NCBI GenBank assembly: GCA_963708025.1
Contig: CAVPSB010000019.1
Coordinates: 256,001-320,000 of the forward strand
Direction of reading: 5' to 3'
From: an uncultured Candidatus Rokubacteria bacterium
Lineage (GTDB): Bacteria; Methylomirabilota; Methylomirabilia; Rokubacteriales; DASRDR01
DNA length: 64,000 nucleotides
A program made the position numbers and the translations under genes. Under the pieces are notes generated by a model. The model was not told the DNA's origin and did no database searches. It saw only the letters and a program-made list of their open reading frames with translations. Positions 1 to 8,548 of the stretch are shown here, one piece after another (the stretch's first letter is position 1; every line of letters starts with the position of its first letter).

Positions 1-2755
1 GGCGAAGGTGTCGGCGAGCTGGCGTCCGACCTGGGCGACCTCCCAGACCGGGACGAACGCGGAGAGGGCGAGGAGGGTCAGCAGCGGGAGCGCGCCGGGG
101 TCGAGCGCGCCCCCCGCCGCGAGCGCGGCGCCCGTGCCGGCGACGGCGAGCCCGCCGAGCGCCGTCACCGCGTCCTGGATCGCGCCCTCGCGCGTCACGT
201 CGCGGAGGAACGGCATCCGCGCCTCGAAGTAGCCGCGGGCGCGCGCCGCGAACTCCTCGCCGCGGCGCCGGACCTGCTGGAAGGCCAGGATCTCCCCCAG
301 CCCCTGGATCGTGTCGACGGCGTGGGCGTTCAGCTCGCCCGACGCCTCCCGCGCCCGGGCGCCCAGCCGGTCGATCCGCCGCCGGCGGAGGACGGGCGTG
401 AGCGCGGCGTAGGCGAGGAACGGCAGGAGGACCGCGGCGATCTCCCAGCGGTGGGCGAGGAGCGTTCCGATGACCACGGCCGGGACGAGGACCGCGACGG
501 CCACCGGCGTGATTGTGTGGGCGAAGAAGTACTCGATCAGCTCGACGTCGTGGGTGGCCATGCCGACGAGGTCGCCGCTCCGCCGGCGGGTCAGGTACGC
601 CGGCGCCAGCGCCTCGAGCTTCCGGAAGAGCCGGATCCGCATGTCGAGGAGGAGCCGGTAGGCGATGTCGTGGGCGAGCCAGGACTCGAGCCAGTGAAGG
701 ATGCCCGCCAGCGGGGCGACCGCGCCGAGGAGGAGGAGCCAGCGTCCGAACGGCTCCCCGCGGGCGAGGGCGCGGACCGTGAGGGCGCTCGCGACGCCCA
801 CCCCGATCAGCGCGGCCACGCGGGCCACGCCGAGGCCGAACGTCAGGCCGAGGCGGAGCCGGTGGCCCCGGCTCAGGCCGAGCAGGACGCGGATGACCCC
901 GCCCCAGCCGAGCCCCTCCGCCCGGAGGACGGCCTCGTCGCGCTCGGCGGGCTCCGGCCCCTCGTCGGGCGGGCTCGTCGGGCGTGACGGCCGGCCCCGG
1001 TCCCGCCGCGACGGGGGCGCCGGAGCCCGGCTCCGCGACCTGGCCCGCCATCAGCCGGTAGTACGCGCCCCCGCGCGCCAGGAGCGCCGTGTGACGCCCG
1101 CTCTCCACGACGCGGCCTCGGTCGAGGACCAGGATCCGGTCGGCGCCGATCACGCTCGAGAGCCGGTGGGCGCAGATCAGCGTGGTCCGGCCCTCCATCA
1201 GGCGGTCGAGCGCCGCCTGGATGGCGGCCTCGCTCTCCGCGTCGACGGACGAGAGCGCCTCGTCGAGGACGAGGATCGGCGCGTCACGGAGGAGCGCGCG
1301 GGCGATGGCGACGCGCTGGCGCTGGCCGCCGGAGAGCCGCACGCCCCGCTCGCCGACGACGGTCGCGTAGCCGTGGGGGAGCCGCTCGATGAACGCGTGG
1401 GCGCTGGCCGCGCGCGCGGCGGCCTCCAGCTCGGCCGGCGTGGCGTCCGGCTTGCCCATCCGGAGGTTGTCCTCGACGGTGCCGTGGAAGAGGTAGGTGT
1501 CCTGACTCACCACGGCGATCCGGCTGCGGAGCGGGTCGAGGCCGAGCTCGCGCACGTCGCGCCCGCCGACCCGCACGTGGCCGCCCTGCGGATCGTAGAA
1601 GCGCAGGAGGAGCTTCAGCACCGTCGACTTCCCCGATCCGCTCGGCCCCACGATCGCGACGCGCTCCCCGGCGCCGACCGTGAAGCTCAGCCCCTCGTGG
1701 GCCGGCCGCCGGCCCCCGGGATAGGCGAACGCGACGTTCTCGAACGCGATCGTGGGCGGCAGCGCGGCGGCATCCACGGGCGGGCCGACGGGATCGCGGA
1801 CCAGCGGCTCCGCCGACAGCACCTGGGTGATGCCCTCCGCCGCCGCCAGGCCGAGCATGCCCTGGTGGAGCAGGACGCGCAGCTCGCGGAGTGGGCGGAA
1901 GACCTCGATCCCGAGCATGAGGACGACCAGCAGCGCCGGGAGCGTCATGTCGCCGGCGCGGACCCGGTAGGCGCCGAGGGCGAGGGCCGCGGCCGCCCCC
2001 ACGGCCATCCCGGCGTCGGTGAGGCCGCGGGCGAGGGTGTTGGTGCCGAGGACGCCCATGGTCCGGCGAAACAGCTCCCCGCCCTCGCGCTCGAGCCGCG
2101 CCGCCCGGGCGCCGCCCTGGCCGAAGGCCTTGAGCGTGGCCAGGCCCTGGAGCGCGTCGAGCAGCTCCGCCGCGTAGGCGCCGTAGGCCCGTTGCCGCTC
2201 CCGGCTCCGCCGGCTGTCGAGCCGGTGCCAGGCGGAGGGCGCGACGAGCGTGACGATGGCCGCGAGCAGGAAGACGACCGCGACGGGCCGGTCGATCACC
2301 GCCACCAGGCCGAAGATGAGGAAGGGCGTGGCGGCCGTCACCAGGAGCTGCGGCAGATACTGGCCGAAGTAGATCTCGAGCTGCTGCACGCCCTCGACCA
2401 GCGACACCATGACGTCCCCGGTCCGCTCCCGGACGAAGTGGGCGGGCCCGAGGCGGGTGACGTGATCGTAGAGGGTCTCGCGGAGGCGCGCCTGGACGCG
2501 GGCCGCCGTGTGGTGGGCGAGCATGGCCCGCGCGTACTCGAGGCCGGCCCGGACGGCGACGAGGCCCGCCACCAGCGCGACCGGGAGAACGAGGGCGCCG
2601 AGCGGGGCGCCGATCAGGACCCGGGCCAGCAGCCAGCCGAGGAGCGCCAGCCGGGCGGTGCCGGCGGCGACGGCCAGGATCCCGAGGACGGCGGCAGCGA
2701 CGATGCGGAGCCGCAGCCCCTCGGTGAAGCACCAGAGCCGTCGGTCGAAATACAC
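1..2755 (-). CDS. Fused ABC exporter (TMD-NBD-TMD..., CydDC/IrtAB-like), runs off the left edge, frameshift near 960-1000
   Basis: Manual translation: GTG at 2755 gives MYFDRRLWCFTEGLRLRI; Walker A GPSGSGKST, signature LSGGQRQR, H-loop AHRLSS. A second TMD (EGLGWGGVIRVLL...AFVPVWEVAQVGRQLADTFA) follows in a shifted frame. Missing from the ORF track because no stop occurs in the window. Confidence 0.85.
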   Translation of the reverse strand, partial: MYFDRRLWCFTEGLRLRIVAAAVLGILAVAAGTARLALLGWLLARVLIGAPLGALVLPVALVAGLVAVRAGLEYARAMLAHHTAARVQARLRETLYDHVTRLGPAHFVRERTGDVMVSLVEGVQQLEIYFGQYLPQLLVTAATPFLIFGLVAVIDRPVAVVFLLAAIVTLVAPSAWHRLDSRRSRERQRAYGAYAAELLDALQGLATLKAFGQGGARAARLEREGGELFRRTMGVLGTNTLARGLTDAGMAVGAAAALALGAYRVRAGDMTLPALLVVLMLGIEVFRPLRELRVLLHQGMLGLAAAEGITQVLSAEPLVRDPVGPPVDAAALPPTIAFENVAFAYPGGRRPAHEGLSFTVGAGERVAIVGPSGSGKSTVLKLLLRFYDPQGGHVRVGGRDVRELGLDPLRSRIAVVSQDTYLFHGTVEDNLRMGKPDATPAELEAAARAASAHAFIERLPHGYATVVGERGVRLSGGQRQRVAIARALLRDAPILVLDEALSSVDAESEAAIQAALDRLMEGRTTLICAHRLSSVIGADRILVLDRGRVVESGRHTALLARGGAYYRLMAGQVAEPGSGAPVAAGPGPAVTPDEPARRGAGARRARRGRPPGGGARLGRGHPRPARPEPGPPAPPRPDVRPRRGPRGRADRGGRRERPHGPRPRPRGAVRTLAPPPRRGRPAGGHPSLARVLARPRHRLPAPPRHADPALPEARGAGAGVPDPPAERRPRRHGHPRRRADRVLLRPHNHAGGRRGPRPGRGHRNAPRPPLGDRRGPPAVPRLRRAHARPPPAADRPAGRPGAGGVGRAERPRRRHDPGAGGDPGLPAGPAPRRGVRGARPRLLRGADAVPPRRDARGRDPGRGDGARRARRRRHGRRARGGGRARPRRAPAADPPRPLRVRPGLGGRPGRTPARRHLR

Positions 2756-2850
2756 CCCGTCAGCCGAGGACGAAGGCAGGCGAAGTCCACTGGACCCGCA
2801 CTAGCTTCCCTGAAGTGCCAGTGTTATTCCAGATGGGTCAGCTCCTCGGG

Positions 2851-2995
2851 GGGCGGGGCCGAGGAGCGAGCAGCGCCCACAGGCCGAAGGCCGTCCAATG
2901 GACGCAGGGAGTCGCCGACCGCAGGCGTACTCCTAGTACGCCGAGGATCGGCGACGACCGAGGACGACGCGATGCGACGCTCATCGGCCCCGCCC
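2851..2995. repeat. MITE/REP-like palindromic element, family 1, copy A
   Basis: 18-bp imperfect terminal inverted repeats (gggcggggccgaggagcg / cgctcatcggccccgccc). Near-identical inverted copy at 23033-23189. Confidence 0.85.
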
Positions 2996-2996
2996 A

Positions 2997-4184
2997 CTAG
3001 GCGAAGCTGCCCCAGGCGTACTCGTAGGCCCCGCGGATCTCGCGGCCGCGCTCCAGCCGGTCGACCGCGAACGCGGCGAGCGGGCTCGGCTCGAACGGCT
3101 CGCCGGCCACCACGCGGGCCAGGGCCCGGCCCATCGACGGCCCGAACTTGAACCCCTTGCCGTTGCCGCCGGTGAGGACGTAGAGGCCGGCAACCCCGGG
3201 CACCGGGCCGGCGAGCGCGTGGCCGTCGGGTGTCCGCGAGTCGAGCCCGACCCAGGTCGACCCCGGACTGGCGCCTTCGAGGGCGGGGATGCGGGGCAGG
3301 AGGCGCGCCGCGCCCGCCACCAGCTCCTCGCGGGTCGGCGGCGTGAATCCGGCCTTGCCGTGGAACGGCTCGCCCCGGAAGCCGATCGAGTCCTCATAGC
3401 CGGCGCCGACCACCAGCGCATCGCCGATCTCGCCGCGGTACCACTGCTCGAGCGGGTGGTCGATCACGCACATCGGGAACCTCGCGGGCGGCGCCCAGTG
3501 GAAGAGCCCGGCGCCGATCGGCATCGGGAAGACCGGCAGGTCCACGCCGACCTGGGCGGCCAGCTCGCGGGTGCCGGCGCCCGCCGCCAGCACGACCGCC
3601 GGCGCCGCGATCTCCTCGGCACCGGCCCGCACCCCGGTGATCCGCGCGCCGGCGGCGAGGAGCCGGACGGGGCCGGTCTCGACGAGGACCTGGCCGCCGC
3701 GCCGGCGGACACCCGCCAGCAGGCTCCCGATCGAATCCGAGGGGTCGGCGTAGCCGCTGTCCGGCTCGTAGGCGGCGGCGCCGACGTCGGCCGTCTCCAT
3801 GAACGGCTGGAGCTCGCGGAGCCCCGCCCCGTCGACGACCGACGTCTTCACCCCCAGCCCGGTCATGATCTCGACGTTCTTCTCGAGGGCCGGCACCAGC
3901 GCCGGCGGCACGATGAAGAGAAAGCCCACTCGGCGGAAGCCGCTGTCGCCGCCGACCACGTCGGCCCAGGCGGCGTGCATCCGCCAGCTCTCGATCGCGA
4001 AGTGCGCCTCGTCCGGGTTGGCGTAGTGGCAGCGGATGTAGCCCGCGGTCCGGCCCGACGCGCCGGCGGCGGGGAGCGACTGCTCCACGACGACGGCCCG
4101 CAGCCCGGCCGCCGCCGCGAAGAAGGCGGTGCTGGCGCCGGCGATCCCGGCGCCGACGACGACCACGTCGGCTGTCTGAGCCAT
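2997..4184 (-). CDS. FAD-dependent oxidoreductase (DAO/sarcosine oxidase beta family)
   Basis: N-terminal VVVVGAGIAG Rossmann motif, GASGRTAG, TPDG, GGNGKGFKFGP; start MAQTAD at 4184. Confidence 0.9.
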   Translation of the reverse strand: MAQTADVVVVGAGIAGASTAFFAAAAGLRAVVVEQSLPAAGASGRTAGYIRCHYANPDEAHFAIESWRMHAAWADVVGGDSGFRRVGFLFIVPPALVPALEKNVEIMTGLGVKTSVVDGAGLRELQPFMETADVGAAAYEPDSGYADPSDSIGSLLAGVRRRGGQVLVETGPVRLLAAGARITGVRAGAEEIAAPAVVLAAGAGTRELAAQVGVDLPVFPMPIGAGLFHWAPPARFPMCVIDHPLEQWYRGEIGDALVVGAGYEDSIGFRGEPFHGKAGFTPPTREELVAGAARLLPRIPALEGASPGSTWVGLDSRTPDGHALAGPVPGVAGLYVLTGGNGKGFKFGPSMGRALARVVAGEPFEPSPLAAFAVDRLERGREIRGAYEYAWGSFA

Positions 4185-4303
4185 GCTGGGTGCCTCCCCG
4201 GTGAAGTGCCGGCGCACCGCGTCGCGGCACGCCCGCTGGCTATCATACGCGAGCGTCGCTCTCGGCGCCGGCTCGGCTGGACCGGCCTGCGGCTCAGCCA
4301 GCC

Positions 4304-4333
4304 TTGACAGGGACCCCGTGCCCTTCGTATGGT
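4304..4333 (+). promoter_or_regulatory. Putative sigma70 promoter for the SBP56 operon
   Basis: TTGACA (4304-4309), 18 bp, TATGGT (4328-4333). Confidence 0.55.
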
Positions 4334-4521
4334 TCCGGTAGTCGTCCGCTACCCCGATTCCTTCCCGGCCGGCGTCGCCGTCAAGCCGTCAGGGCGTCCT
4401 CACGGGCCCGGCGTCAACTCGAGACGTGCCCGGTGTGAGCCCGGCGCGATCTCCGCGCGATGGAGGCGGCGGCGACCGGTCGGGCGGTCGCAAACCGAAC
4501 AACGATCAGGAGGGCCACCGA

Positions 4522-5913
4522 ATGGCGACCTGGACGCCGGACCCGACGTTCTATCCCTCGCCGCGCATGGCCATGAAGGCCCCGCCCGAGAAGCTCGCCT
4601 ACGTGGCGGAGTTCGATCCCGAGCGCAAGCGCCCGGACCGCCTGGCGGTCGTCGACGTGGACCCGGGCTCGTCCACGTACGCGAAGATCGTCGGCCGGGT
4701 GCAGGTGTCGACCGTCGGCGACGAGTTCCACCACTTCGGCTGGAACGCCTGCAGCTCCTCCCTGTGCCCCAACGCCCCGCATCCCCACCTCGAGCGCCGG
4801 TACCTGATCGTGCCCGGCCTGCGCTCCTCCAACATCCACGTCTTCGACACCCAGCCCGACCCCCGGCAGCCCAAGCTGATCCGGACGATCGACGCCCGGG
4901 AGGTCGCGGAGCGCGCCGGCTACTCCCGGCCCCACACCGTGCACTGCGGGCCGGAAGGCATCTACATGAACGCCCTCGGCGACGCCGATGGGAAGGCGCC
5001 CGGCGGCGTGTTCCTCATGGACCACGACACCTTCGACGTGCTCGGGCGCTGGGAGGTCGACCGCGGCCCGCAGCGGTTCGCCTACGACGCGGCGTGGCAC
5101 CTCGGCTACGACACCCTGGTGACCAGCGAGTGGGGCACGCCCGACATGTTCGAGAACGGGCTCGTGCCCGAGCTGCTGCTCGGCAGCAAGTACGGCCGCC
5201 GGCTGCACTTCTGGGACCTGCACAAGCGCAAGCACCTCCAGGAGATCGACTTCGGCCCGGACTACCAGCTCGTCTTCGAGCTGCGGCCGGCCCACGATCC
5301 CACCAAGGCGTATGGCTTCGTCAACAGCGTGATCTGCCTGAAGGACCTCTCGGCGTCGATCTGGACCTGGTACCGGGACGGCGAGAAGTGGGCGGTCAAG
5401 AAGATCATCGACATCCCGGCCGAGCCGGCCGACCCGGACCAGCTCCCGCCGGCGATCAAGGGCTTCAAGGCGGTCCCGCCCCTGGTCACCGACATCGACC
5501 TGTCGGTGGACGACCGGTACCTCTACGTCTCCTGCTGGGGCACCGGCGACCTGCAGCAGTACGACGTCTCGGATCCGTTCAAGCCGAAGCTCACCGGGAA
5601 GATCCGGATCGGGGGGATCGTCGCCCGCGCGGCGCATCCCAGCGGGGGCGGCCCGCTCAACGGCGGGCCACAGATGGTGGAGGTCAGCCGCGACGGCCGG
5701 CGGGTGTACTTCACGAACTCGCTCTACGGCGCGATCGACCCCCAGTTCTACCCGGACGGGGTGAAGGGCTGGATGGTCAAGCTCGACGCCAAGCCCGAGG
5801 GGGGCATCGAGCTGGACAGGAAGTTCTTCCTCCAGTGGACCGACGGGTACCGGCCGCACCAGGTCCGGCTGCAGGGCGGGGACGCCTCGTCGGATTCGTT
5901 CTGCTATCCGTGA
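4522..5913 (+). CDS. Selenium-binding protein SBP56 family (SELENBP1/methanethiol oxidase-like), no signal peptide
   Basis: DPTFYPSP, DEFHHFGWNACSS, PHTVHC, TSEWG, GGPQM, TNSLY, C-terminal GGDASSDS; SD AGGAGG upstream of ATG 4522. Confidence 0.92.
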   Translation: MATWTPDPTFYPSPRMAMKAPPEKLAYVAEFDPERKRPDRLAVVDVDPGSSTYAKIVGRVQVSTVGDEFHHFGWNACSSSLCPNAPHPHLERRYLIVPGLRSSNIHVFDTQPDPRQPKLIRTIDAREVAERAGYSRPHTVHCGPEGIYMNALGDADGKAPGGVFLMDHDTFDVLGRWEVDRGPQRFAYDAAWHLGYDTLVTSEWGTPDMFENGLVPELLLGSKYGRRLHFWDLHKRKHLQEIDFGPDYQLVFELRPAHDPTKAYGFVNSVICLKDLSASIWTWYRDGEKWAVKKIIDIPAEPADPDQLPPAIKGFKAVPPLVTDIDLSVDDRYLYVSCWGTGDLQQYDVSDPFKPKLTGKIRIGGIVARAAHPSGGGPLNGGPQMVEVSRDGRRVYFTNSLYGAIDPQFYPDGVKGWMVKLDAKPEGGIELDRKFFLQWTDGYRPHQVRLQGGDASSDSFCYP

Positions 5914-5976
5914 CGCGGCGCTGACCGCGGGGGGCCCGGCTCGCGCCGGGTCCCCCACGGCCTCCGGGTCCAGGCC

Positions 5977-6615
5977 GTGAGTGACCTGGGGCCCTGGCTG
6001 GGCCTGGCGGGGCTCGGCATGTTCCACGGGCTGAACCCCGCCATGGGCTGGCTGTTCGCGGTCGCCCTCGGCCTGCACCGGCGGAGCCGCCGCATCGTCC
6101 TACTGGCGCTGCTCCCGATCGCGCTCGGCCACGCGGTGGCGGTTGCCCTCGTCACGCTGGCCGTGGTCGCGCTCGGCCTGGTGGTCGACCAGCGGGTGGT
6201 GCGCGGCGCCGCCGGGGTCGTGCTGATCGGCTGGGCGGTCTATCACGCCCTCTACGGCTCGCGGCACCGCGTGCGGGTCGGCATGCGGACCGGCCTGGCG
6301 GGCCTCGCGCTCTGGTCGTTCCTGATGGCGACGGCCCACGGCGCCGGGCTGATGCTGCTGCCGATCCTCCTCCCGCTCCATCGGGCCGCGTCGCCGGGCC
6401 ACCACGCGATGGCCGGCGGTCCACTGGCCGTCTCGCTGGCCGCCGTCGCCGTGCACACGCTCGCGATGCTGGCGACGACCGGCGCGATCGCCATCGTGGT
6501 CTACGAGTGGGTCGGCCTCGCCTTCCTGCGCCGCGGCTGGATCAACCTCGATCTCCTCTGGACGCTGGCCCTCGTGGCCACCGGCGTGATCCTGCTCCTC
6601 ACGGCCATCAACTGA
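5977..6615 (+). CDS. His-rich multi-pass membrane protein co-oriented with SBP56
   Basis: About 6 hydrophobic segments; FHGLNPAMGW, GHA, AHGAGLML, HH, VHT motifs. Confidence 0.8.
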   Translation: MSDLGPWLGLAGLGMFHGLNPAMGWLFAVALGLHRRSRRIVLLALLPIALGHAVAVALVTLAVVALGLVVDQRVVRGAAGVVLIGWAVYHALYGSRHRVRVGMRTGLAGLALWSFLMATAHGAGLMLLPILLPLHRAASPGHHAMAGGPLAVSLAAVAVHTLAMLATTGAIAIVVYEWVGLAFLRRGWINLDLLWTLALVATGVILLLTAIN

Positions 6616-6617
6616 AA

Positions 6618-7634
6618 CTAGGGGATGGGGCGCAGGCGGAGCAGGCGGCCGGGGTCCTCGGCGACGAGCAGGCTCCCGTCGGGCAGCGCGGCGACCGCCG
6701 CCGGCCGCACGAGGCCCTCCACGAAGGACTCCACCGCGCCATCCACGCCGACCCGCAGGATGCGTCCGCCGAGCGGGTCCAGCCCGTACAGCTCGCCGGC
6801 CGGCCCCGCGGCCACCACCCGGGCGCCCAGTCGCCGGATTACCCGGCCGAGGGTTCCGTCCGGCCGGAGGCGATCGACGACGCCCGTCGAGGTGCTGAGG
6901 ACGAGGTCGCCGGTCGGCAGCCCGAGGAGCGCGACGTAGCCCTCGAGCTGCGCGCCGCGCTGCCGGATCACCCGCGTCGGAAAGACGGGGTTGGCGAGCT
7001 CGAGGTTGCGGGGTAGCGGGAGGTCCTCGTCGACCCGCAGGCGATAGAGGACCGGCCCGACGTAGCCGTCCGACTCGCCGAACATCTCCCGCAGCCAGTT
7101 GGTCCCGGCGTCGGCGACCAGGCTCCGGCCGGCGAAGTCGAGGACGACCAGACGGCCCTCGGCGTCGAAGCAGACGGCCCGGGTATCGGCGAGGCGGTTC
7201 AGTCCGCGCGCGTACTGGACGACGGCGCCGTCGGGCGCGACCCGGAGGACACGGCGGCCGGACTGCTCGGCGACGTAGAGGTGCCCCGTCCGCGGATCGC
7301 GAGCCAGGCTCCCGACCCGAACAGGGGTCTCGCCCGCGAACGGGATGGAGATGGACGGCAGCGCGGCGAGGTCGAGCGGTCCCGGGTTGGTCAGGGGCAC
7401 CCGCACGAGAGCGCCGGCGCCGCCCGCCGGATCCGCCTGGGTCAGCAGCCAGACGCTGTCCCCCGAGTTGACCGCGAGATCCTGGGGCAGCCGGAAGCCG
7501 CGCGCCACCAGTTCGAGCTGGTAGCCCGACGGCATGCGGAGCGCCCGCGCCGAGCGGAGGGACGCGCCGCTCCAGTCCTGGGCCTGCACGGCGACCGGCA
7601 GGAGCAGGAGCCAGAGCGCGAGGTGGCGAGCCAT
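6618..7634 (-). CDS. Secreted beta-propeller protein (NHL/SMP-30-like)
   Basis: Signal peptide MARHLALWLLLLPVAVQA; repeated blade-like motifs (GHLYVAE, GRLVVLD, GSLLVAE). Confidence 0.7.
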   Translation of the reverse strand: MARHLALWLLLLPVAVQAQDWSGASLRSARALRMPSGYQLELVARGFRLPQDLAVNSGDSVWLLTQADPAGGAGALVRVPLTNPGPLDLAALPSISIPFAGETPVRVGSLARDPRTGHLYVAEQSGRRVLRVAPDGAVVQYARGLNRLADTRAVCFDAEGRLVVLDFAGRSLVADAGTNWLREMFGESDGYVGPVLYRLRVDEDLPLPRNLELANPVFPTRVIRQRGAQLEGYVALLGLPTGDLVLSTSTGVVDRLRPDGTLGRVIRRLGARVVAAGPAGELYGLDPLGGRILRVGVDGAVESFVEGLVRPAAVAALPDGSLLVAEDPGRLLRLRPIP

Positions 7635-7779
7635 CGGCGTCAATCGGGCCGGGGGGGAGCTGCGCGCTCCATCCGAATCGCCGCAGCGCCTCGGGCGTAC
7701 CGCCCTCGGGACGCCGCGTCCCTCCGGAGGCCCGGCCCCCCTCCGGGTGTTCCCGTGCTCGCGGTTCACGGTCATTCCG

Positions 7780-8325
7780 TTACGGCCTCTCGACGCGCGG
7801 ACTCCGGCGCACCACGTAGCGACACGGCCGGTCGGGCAGCGGCTCCCGCTCCACGGTGAAGCGGTAGCGGGGGCTCAGCGCCTCGCCCCAGGCCCGCTGC
7901 CGCTCCATCCAGCCGAGGCACGGCGGGTACTGCCCGGGCGCCAGCTGCGCGTAGCCGCTCCGCTCCGCGATCCCCTCGCCGAAGCACCGCGCGTTCTCGA
8001 GAACGAGGGTCTCGTCGTCCACCACCGTCAGCGTCCGCTCCGCCCGATCGATGCCGCCGAAGAGATACCAGGCCAGCCGGTACCACTCGGCGACCTCGGC
8101 GATCGTGTCGAGCGCCTGCAGGCCGGCGACCTGCTTGAACTCGCGCAGCTCGATGCGGGCCAGGCTGGCCAGGGCCCGCTCGTTGAGGCGCATCGCCTCC
8201 TCGAGGCCGACGCGCCCCCGGGTCTTGAGGAACCACTGGCCGTCGTGCCGGCGCCAGCAGCCGGAGATCAGGTCGACCAGCGTGTCGGCGTCGAGCCCGA
8301 ACGGGTAGCGCCGTTGCTCAGACAT
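7780..8325 (-). CDS. DUF6125-like protein
   Basis: WRRHDGQWF motif and conserved Cys residues (ARC, PC, PC) as recalled for DUF6125; GAGG SD upstream. Confidence 0.65.
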   Translation of the reverse strand: MSEQRRYPFGLDADTLVDLISGCWRRHDGQWFLKTRGRVGLEEAMRLNERALASLARIELREFKQVAGLQALDTIAEVAEWYRLAWYLFGGIDRAERTLTVVDDETLVLENARCFGEGIAERSGYAQLAPGQYPPCLGWMERQRAWGEALSPRYRFTVEREPLPDRPCRYVVRRSPRVERP

Positions 8326-8548
8326 CGCTGGCGTGACCTCGGAGTGATTGAATCAATCCTGGCGGCCTCGTTCCCACTCCTCGCTGGCTTCTCGCTATTC
8401 TCTCGCGTCAGGCCTCGCAGCCGTGGCGTTCCGCTCCGAGCCGCGGCGAAGCCGCGGCTCCGACCCCCCCCTTCCCCCAGCCAAAGGCCGAAGGCCGTCG
8501 AAAAGTCGGGGAGGGGGGCTGGGGGGGAGGAGGGAGGCCCCGAAGATC

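Noticed and set aside
701..3151. Long + strand ORF (816 aa) and similar long antisense ORFs (12020..13942, 19680..22136, 23690..25732)
   Set aside because: Antisense shadows of real genes; stop codons are rare at this GC content and the translations have no domain motifs.
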